Shown here one piece after another: positions 57,831-64,000 of a DNA stretch of 64,000 bases. The notes below the pieces were generated by a model that worked only from the letters and a program-made list of their open reading frames with translations, was not told where the DNA came from and ran no database searches. Source of the DNA: Geosiphon pyriformis uo1 (taxonomy: Eukaryota > Fungi > Glomeromycota); assembly GCA_016748015.1 (NCBI GenBank), contig JAAOMT010000786.1, positions 255,903 to 319,902 on the forward strand, given 5' to 3'. A program made the position numbers and the translations under genes. Numbering within the stretch: position 1 is the first letter of the stretch; every line of letters begins with the position of its first letter.

Positions 57831-58570
57831 AATGTTTTTTGTTTTTATAATAGTATTTTAATAATAAATATTTTAGAACAATTTAAGTACTTTAAAATTA
57901 TTAAGTTTTTTAAATAATTTGCAATTGCTTTTATTAATTAACTTTTAAACAATTATAAAAATATTTAAATTTTAAAAATTTAGTTATTTTAATAGATAAT
58001 TTTATTAATAAAAAAGTGTTTATTATATTATTTTAATATATTATGTAATTAAAATAAAAAAATAAAATTTTTAAATTATAACTTTAAAATAAATTTGATT
58101 GTTTATTAAAAGTTGTTAAATAAATATTTTTTGTTTAATAATTTTTAATTAATACAAGTTTAAGTAATTTTTTTGTGTTTTAATTTTTGTTTTTAAATAT
58201 TAACCATAATAATTTATATATAACAATAAACAAAATTTTTTTATTAAAAATTAATTTGATAAAATATTATTGGTTTTTAATAATATAAAAATTTTAATAA
58301 TAAGATTAATTGATTTTGTTTATAAATTAGTAATTAACTACAAAAAATGTATTTGGTTATTTAATTCTAAGCTTAAAGTCACTTTAGAAAAGTGTTATTT
58401 TACATATTAATAATTTTGTGTTTGTTGTTATTAATAGTCTTTTGCTGTGTTTTTTAGAAATATAATTCAAATACTAATAATAATACAAATTTTAATAAAA
58501 TAAAACATATAAAAAATTAAAAGTTGATTTAAATATTTTTACTTAAACAATTGAATTTAATGGTATGTTT
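57831..58570. other. Hyper-AT tract at the TE-island/gene boundary
   Basis: Nearly all A/T; CpG content returns abruptly from ~58575. Confidence 0.7.
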
Positions 58571-58635
58571 AATAAAAAACGAGTCATTTCGTTTCTTTAC
58601 GTTGCGTGGATTTGTGAAAATCGAGTTTTTCAGAA

Positions 58636-60377
58636 ATGAACTCATCTCCTAACTTTGTTCCCACTTATTATCTCAGTCAGATCTCGAATATTTATCCTTC
58701 TCATCTTCAAGAAGTACAAATAGCTCGTTACAAGAAACTCATAAAAGCCTTTCAAGAGAAATATAATCTTCCTCCCACCTTTATCGCTCGTTCACCCGGG
58801 CGAGTAAACCTCATCGGAGAACACATTGATTATGCAGGCTTTGGTGTTTTGCCAATGGCCATAAGTCGTGACTTGCTTATAGCTGTTAATTGTGATGAAA
58901 TAGCAAGTAATATTAACGAAGAAAGTTTTGTAGAGATCGCGAATGTCCAGAACATAAAATACCCAGATAGAAAGTGGAAGTTTGAAGGGAAGGAAGTTGT
59001 AAAGATTGAGGAGGGTATTGTAGAATGGGGAAATTACTTTAAGTGTGGATATAAGGTATTCATGATAGTTTTTTGGATTTCACATTTTAATAATAATAAT
59101 ATACATTTAATCCCGAGCGAAGTAGGGTATTCTTCAACACCTTCAATTGTATAACCCCAAAGGAATGCGATGTCTGATTGATAGCGACATACCCGCTGGT
59201 GGCGGTTTATCTAGTTCAGCGGCATTTACATGCTCTGCAGCTTTAGCGACTAGTTATGCAAATAGCGCCCAGTTGACCAAAATAAAACTTGCTGAAATTG
59301 CGGCTTGTTGTGAAAGATTCATAGGTCTTGGGTCGGGCAAGTAGGTTATTTTTATCAAGTTAACTTTTTTTGCCTTTGGGGCAATGCACTAATTTTTTAA
59401 AATATTAATTTTAGCATGGATCAAACGGCTTCAATCTGTTCCCTCCTCGATCACGCTCTTTATATTCAATTTCTCCCTATTACTATAGCCACTCCTACAA
59501 AATTTCCTCCTACCCAACCGTCTCTGGCGTTTGTGATCGCCAATTCTTTAGTTGCAGCGGACAAAGTGGCTACAGCGCCAATAAATTATAATTTACGTGT
59601 GGTGGAAACTAAAATTGCGGCGTATCATTTAGGTCAGCAACTTTTTGGAAAAGAGTGTAAAAATTTGCGAGAAACCTTGGACTTATTCTCTGGCAGCACA
59701 GAGGTAACAATCGAGCAACTAGCCATGCTATCAACACAGATCGAGCTTTTATTTAAAAAAAAAAAAGATGGTTATACACTATCTGAGCTTGGTACCCTTT
59801 TAAAACTTGAGGAGTCCGAGATTGTAAAAAGATTTATGAGTAAGTACCCAATTCGAACAGATACGTTTGATCTATACAAACGAGCAAAACACGTGATTGA
59901 AGAGAGTTCAAGAGTATTACAATTTTATGAGGCTTGTTCGACCGGCAATGTTGAAAACAGTGATCAACTTTTCGAGAAGTTGGGGGAATTGATGAATCAA
60001 AGTCACTCTAGTTGCCGCGATTTATATAATTGTTCATGCAAAGAGCTTGATGAGCTTGTGAATATCTGTCTGGCTAGTGGTGCTAAGGGGAGTCGATTAA
60101 CTGGGGCCGGTTGGGGTGGTAAGTATAAAGTCTGAAGCAAATTATAAATATCCAAAACTAAATTCATCTTTGCTCGTAAGGCTGTACTGTCTCGCTCGTA
60201 CCTTTGCCATCTGTTCCCAATTTCATTCAAAAAGTTCGTGAAAAATATTATTCACCACATTTTCCAAATTTATCAGAGTTGGAATTGCAAGATGTGATTT
60301 TTGCGACAACTCCTGGGAGTGGCGCTGCTATAGTGGATTTGTCAGTTATGAAAAATAATTCTGATATAAAAGACTAA
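58636..60377 (+). CDS. GAL1: Galactokinase (GHMP kinase, GAL1/GALK2 type); exons 58636-59055, 59126-59340, 59415-60118, 60181-60377
   Basis: Motifs PGRVNLIGEHIDY, PAGGGLSSSAA, MDQ, GSRLTGAGWGGC. Three GT-AG introns restore one frame. Confidence 0.93.
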
Positions 60378-60937
60378 GTATCTGTTGATCTTTTTTGTTG
60401 CTAACACAATCTAGCAACCAACACTTTTTATCTCAAGGTGAATGAATTAAAAGGAGGATTATTAGTTTATTCAATTTTCCTACTTTTGCCGAAAAATAAT
60501 TCCGAAATTTCCAATTATTACCGCTTGCTTCAAAAGTCATCTTGTATAAAAGGCTAAAAATAAAAATTATCACTATATAACGTCCACAAGAAAATCTAGA
60601 CTCAAATGACATTCCTTTTATACATCTACACCACTCACCAAACAGTTTCGAATTTTATTAATCCTGCTCATGCAATATTTAATCCGAAGTTCGTTTCCTA
60701 AGAGATGATTAAAGCTAAATGATTCTTCAAGGTGGCAAATGGTCCATGAGAAGCTTGGTTAAACTGAATCAATGGCATAAAGAAATAAAAAAATCATACA
60801 GAACAGGATCAATTTGGACAAACCGGAAGGAGGACTATGGCTCTGAATGTATTTGGGTATGAAAGAAGATTAAAACAATTTAAGCTTCACAAATAAGATT
60901 TACCCTATTGAGGAGCGCCAAAAGGGATTTTTACCTA

Positions 60938-61571
60938 TTATCGTTTTTTGAAGCCATATTTTTTGCGTTCATAAAATAGATCAGTTTTTGACGAGCCCAA
61001 ATTCACAATTTTTGGACATCCGTCCCTCTAAAGCATGATATATGCTTATTCTTGTTAATAATGCAAAAATTGAAAATTCTACGAGAACCCATGTATCCAT
61101 ACATCTTTTTCCTGTAAAACACACTCCTTGCAATAATAGGCATCGGAGACACCAGGAGCACCACATATAACACATCGACCTTGATATGACCCATAGTTGC
61201 ATTCATCGCAAATTCTGATATGAAATATCCATTTGAGTACGTAATCAAATTGGAGTTAAAGCTGTAGTTCTTAAACGATCCCTTACCGAACAAGTGTATC
61301 AGGTCGTACATAGCTAAAGAAAAAATTTTTCGATAAAATCAAAACAAAGAATCAGAGGTAAATTAAGCTAAAAATACGTACGAGTCACAGATCACACATT
61401 TGCCGTCACACTTTTCGCATAAACGACCAATTGCTAGTTGGGTAAAAAGATTGGGAAAGAAAAACTCAGAGATATGGGAGGTTGAATAATTCGAGGGAAA
61501 TCAATTTTGATCCTTCTACCTATTCCAGGCTGCTTCCGACACATAATGAGATCAGGGTGGTGTTTTGCCAT
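60938..61571 (-). CDS. PHF5A: PHD-finger-like SF3b splicing factor PHF5A/Rds3; exons 61520-61571, 61382-61433, 61287-61313, 61103-61214, 60938-61027
   Basis: Spliced product [110 protein letters not shown]. Confidence 0.97.
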
Positions 61572-61757
61572 GGTTGGATTGGCGAAAAAGGTATGTTGTT
61601 GGCTATCAATGACTAAAAAAAAACTGATGAATTTTTTATACTTTTAAGCGCCAATCCAAAATAAGACTGAACAATGTGTTTCTTCTTTAGGATAATAGTC
61701 TAACCACCAATATTTTCTGACAGCATCGTGGCGCAGTCTGTCGATTTTGCGCTGTTT
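61572..61757. promoter_or_regulatory. Probable compact bidirectional promoter
   Basis: 186 bp between the divergent ATGs of PHF5A and the unknown gene. Confidence 0.55.
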
Positions 61758-62333
61758 ATGAAATCTACAACTGGGGAACAAACCACGATGGATACAAACG
61801 CAGCTCAACAGTATACCACAGTTCTGGACAAGCTTCTTAACGACTTGGATCATATCGAGCATGTTGGAACTAATATTTTTCAAAAAATGTCTGGGCTTTC
61901 AACATTTTTTGGGTATAATCGATTGTCTTCATTTTAAACTAATGTTTTATATCTATCGTTTTTACAGAGAGAATTCGTTATCTACTGCATACCCTATTGC
62001 TACTGCTACAGGTTTCAGTATACTTTATATTTAACCGTTATCAGAGTAATCGTTTTTGGTACCTCACTGCGTGGTTAAAATTTATTCTACATAGCTGAAA
62101 TGAACTCATTGATTTCACTTCTTCAAGTTTTCGAGAGCAATGCAAAAACAAGTGGAGTCAGCAGCCTATCACTATTAAATAGCTCTCCTGATGGCAATAT
62201 GACGGACAGCAGCGGAAAAATTTTGGGTTCTCTGATTGAAGAGAAATCAAGATCGGTACCCTTACTATTTCAACAAAAAGAGTGTATTAAATCCAACGCC
62301 CAAGCTGCCTTAGTAGCATCGCGCCCAAATTAA
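61758..62333 (+). CDS. Small unknown helical protein (~137 aa); exons 61758-61888, 61968-62011, 62095-62333
   Basis: Two GT-AG introns join the ORF pieces in frame: MKSTTGEQ...NIFQKIENSLSTAYPIATATAEMNSLISLL...ASRPN. Confidence 0.7.
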
Positions 62334-62539
62334 AGAATCAAGTTTGATGAAGATGTCTAAGAATCTTATCCATGCAAGTATTTGGGATAATAATATTCCC
62401 GAGAAAAAATCTTGTTTAGTATAACCAATTTTCTTATCAACGTTGTTTTAATACTTTTCACAAAATTAATTAGACTTTCTTAACATCGATTAATCAATTA
62501 AGAAACTAGACTCCATGGTAACATAAATAAAAATATATT

Positions 62540-63745
62540 CTAAGAGATAAAGGTAGCTTCGTTGAATAATTTACCAGAGACAGAGATCGTTGGATTATTT
62601 CCAACAGTAATGTTAGCAGTCGCTTCATTGAACCACTGATAGATAAAAGGCTTCGCAACGAAAGCTATTTAGAGAAAGAAAAATATTAATTTGATTTGAC
62701 TGGCTATAGTCGTAGCAAATTAAAAGCAAAAAATAACTGACATTGAACGATCTTCTTCAAAACATAGGGAACTTCTTTAAGTACATCAATTTTATCCATG
62801 AGCACTTGCGGTCTGATTTTCAGACTAGCTTTAAACTCTTCTTTGGTGTCCAGAGTTATGCCATCCCATGTGTAATGAATTTCTTTTGGAATGTGATACC
62901 CAGTCTGGAGGTCTGGTTCAGTCTCCAAAAATTCAACCACATTTTTTACAGAGACGCCAATTAATTTATCGTTAATAATTAGACTGCCTTGATTTACTTT
63001 TTTACTTCCATAATGGGGAGTAGTTTCGAATTCGAGCATTGCCAGTGAAACGGTTGGTGATTGAAAATCGAGGAAGTTCCAGCGAGAGGCAATTAGATGT
63101 GGCCTCATACCTTGAATGGCATGTACAAATAATGCGGTTCCAGTAATATCAAAGGCTTTTCCATCAACCACAATATTTCCACTAGTTTTGCATTTAGGCC
63201 AAAATTTGTGTTCGACAAATCCCGATGTCTTATCTTTTCCAAAAAAAGTCTTTCCTTCCCCAATTTTGAACCCACGATCGACCCTTTCTAGCTCAAAAGA
63301 GACAATGAGATCTTGGTTATGTTTCAAAGTAACTTTATATTTGTTACATTCAGGATTAAGAGTAATTTCCATATTATCCGCAGTAGCTGATCGTCGATCG
63401 TCGGAAAGTTTAAAATTGGACATATTGACGGATTTAAACGTATTAATTCCAGCACCAAAAAATCTCGCGGTAAATTGGATTGTTGGTGACCAGAGACTTT
63501 GTAAGAGATGTAGATTTTAATGATGAACAAAGTTTGCTTAGAAATAATATATACGTAGACCCATACCCAATGCTGGAATGGATCATTTGTACAAAAGCAA
63601 AATGACCTTCATCAGTCGTCAAGTAAAAGGTTTGGGTTTCGGTGGAAGAGCCAGAAGCAAGTGTCCATTCAAGATCTTTAGGAGAGACATCAGAGTAAAG
63701 TTTGTCCTTTGCCAATGAACTAGCGATATGAAGATTAGTAGCCAT
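62540..63745 (-). CDS. SVF1: Survival factor 1 (Svf1 family); exons 63567-63745, 62742-63496, 62540-62664
   Basis: Motifs ETQTFY, QMIHS, HAIQGMRPHLIASRWNF and KPFIYQW, with C-terminal EATFIS. Two GT-AG introns. Confidence 0.9.
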
Positions 63746-64000
63746 GGTACTGATATTCAAGTCCCGTGGAAAGGTAACAGTAAAGAAAAAAACTGGCAAC
63801 TTTAAATTTTCTCTGTGCGAGGGTCGACTTTAAAATTTCGAACACAATTATTTTAATCATTATGCTAACTTCAGTTTATCACGCTACGAGGCTTGCAATG
63901 CTATGCCGATTGGCGAAAATACTCAGACAAACAGCTTTACTGGTATTGTCTGATTTTGGAAATGATCATTTTCAGACGCAGTCACATAATAAGAATGACT

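Noticed and set aside
59337-59342. GC-AG donor (GCAAGT) in galactokinase intron 2
   Set aside because: It gives the wrong phase with the acceptor at 59414; the GT donor at 59341 restores the frame.
60981-61311. ORF-track peptides 60981-61202 and 61003-61311
   Set aside because: Wrong-frame readings across PHF5A exons and introns.
63116-63520. 134-aa plus-strand ORF
   Set aside because: Antisense shadow of SVF1 exon 2.

Overview
Eukaryotic, most likely fungal, DNA. The short GT-AG introns and the repeat families look Glomeromycotina/Mucoromycota-like, but that is an inference. Positions ~1-58,570 are a nested retrotransposon island. It holds at least four Ty3/gypsy LTR families (all with TGTTAC...GTAACA termini and 4-bp target duplications), four long APE-RT-RNase H LINE copies plus one 3' stub, and near-pure-AT relic tracts between them. 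Almost all damage to these elements is C>T/G>A transitions. Positions ~58,570-64,000 are gene-dense: galactokinase, PHF5A/RDS3, a small unknown 3-exon gene and SVF1. The most interesting signals are: (i) gypsy elements with an unannotated Cys-rich domain plus dUTPase between protease and RT, an integrase that may be a separate ORF, and a conserved non-env ORF3; (ii) a U_UUA_AAC -1 frameshift signal with a downstream hairpin in one family; (iii) a conserved three-stem RNA structure in the LINE 3' UTR and an AUGA stop-start coupling of LINE ORF1/ORF2; (iv) a RIP-like, context-promiscuous cytosine mutation signature. There are three N gaps (9740-9795, 44714-45017, 51067-51218).
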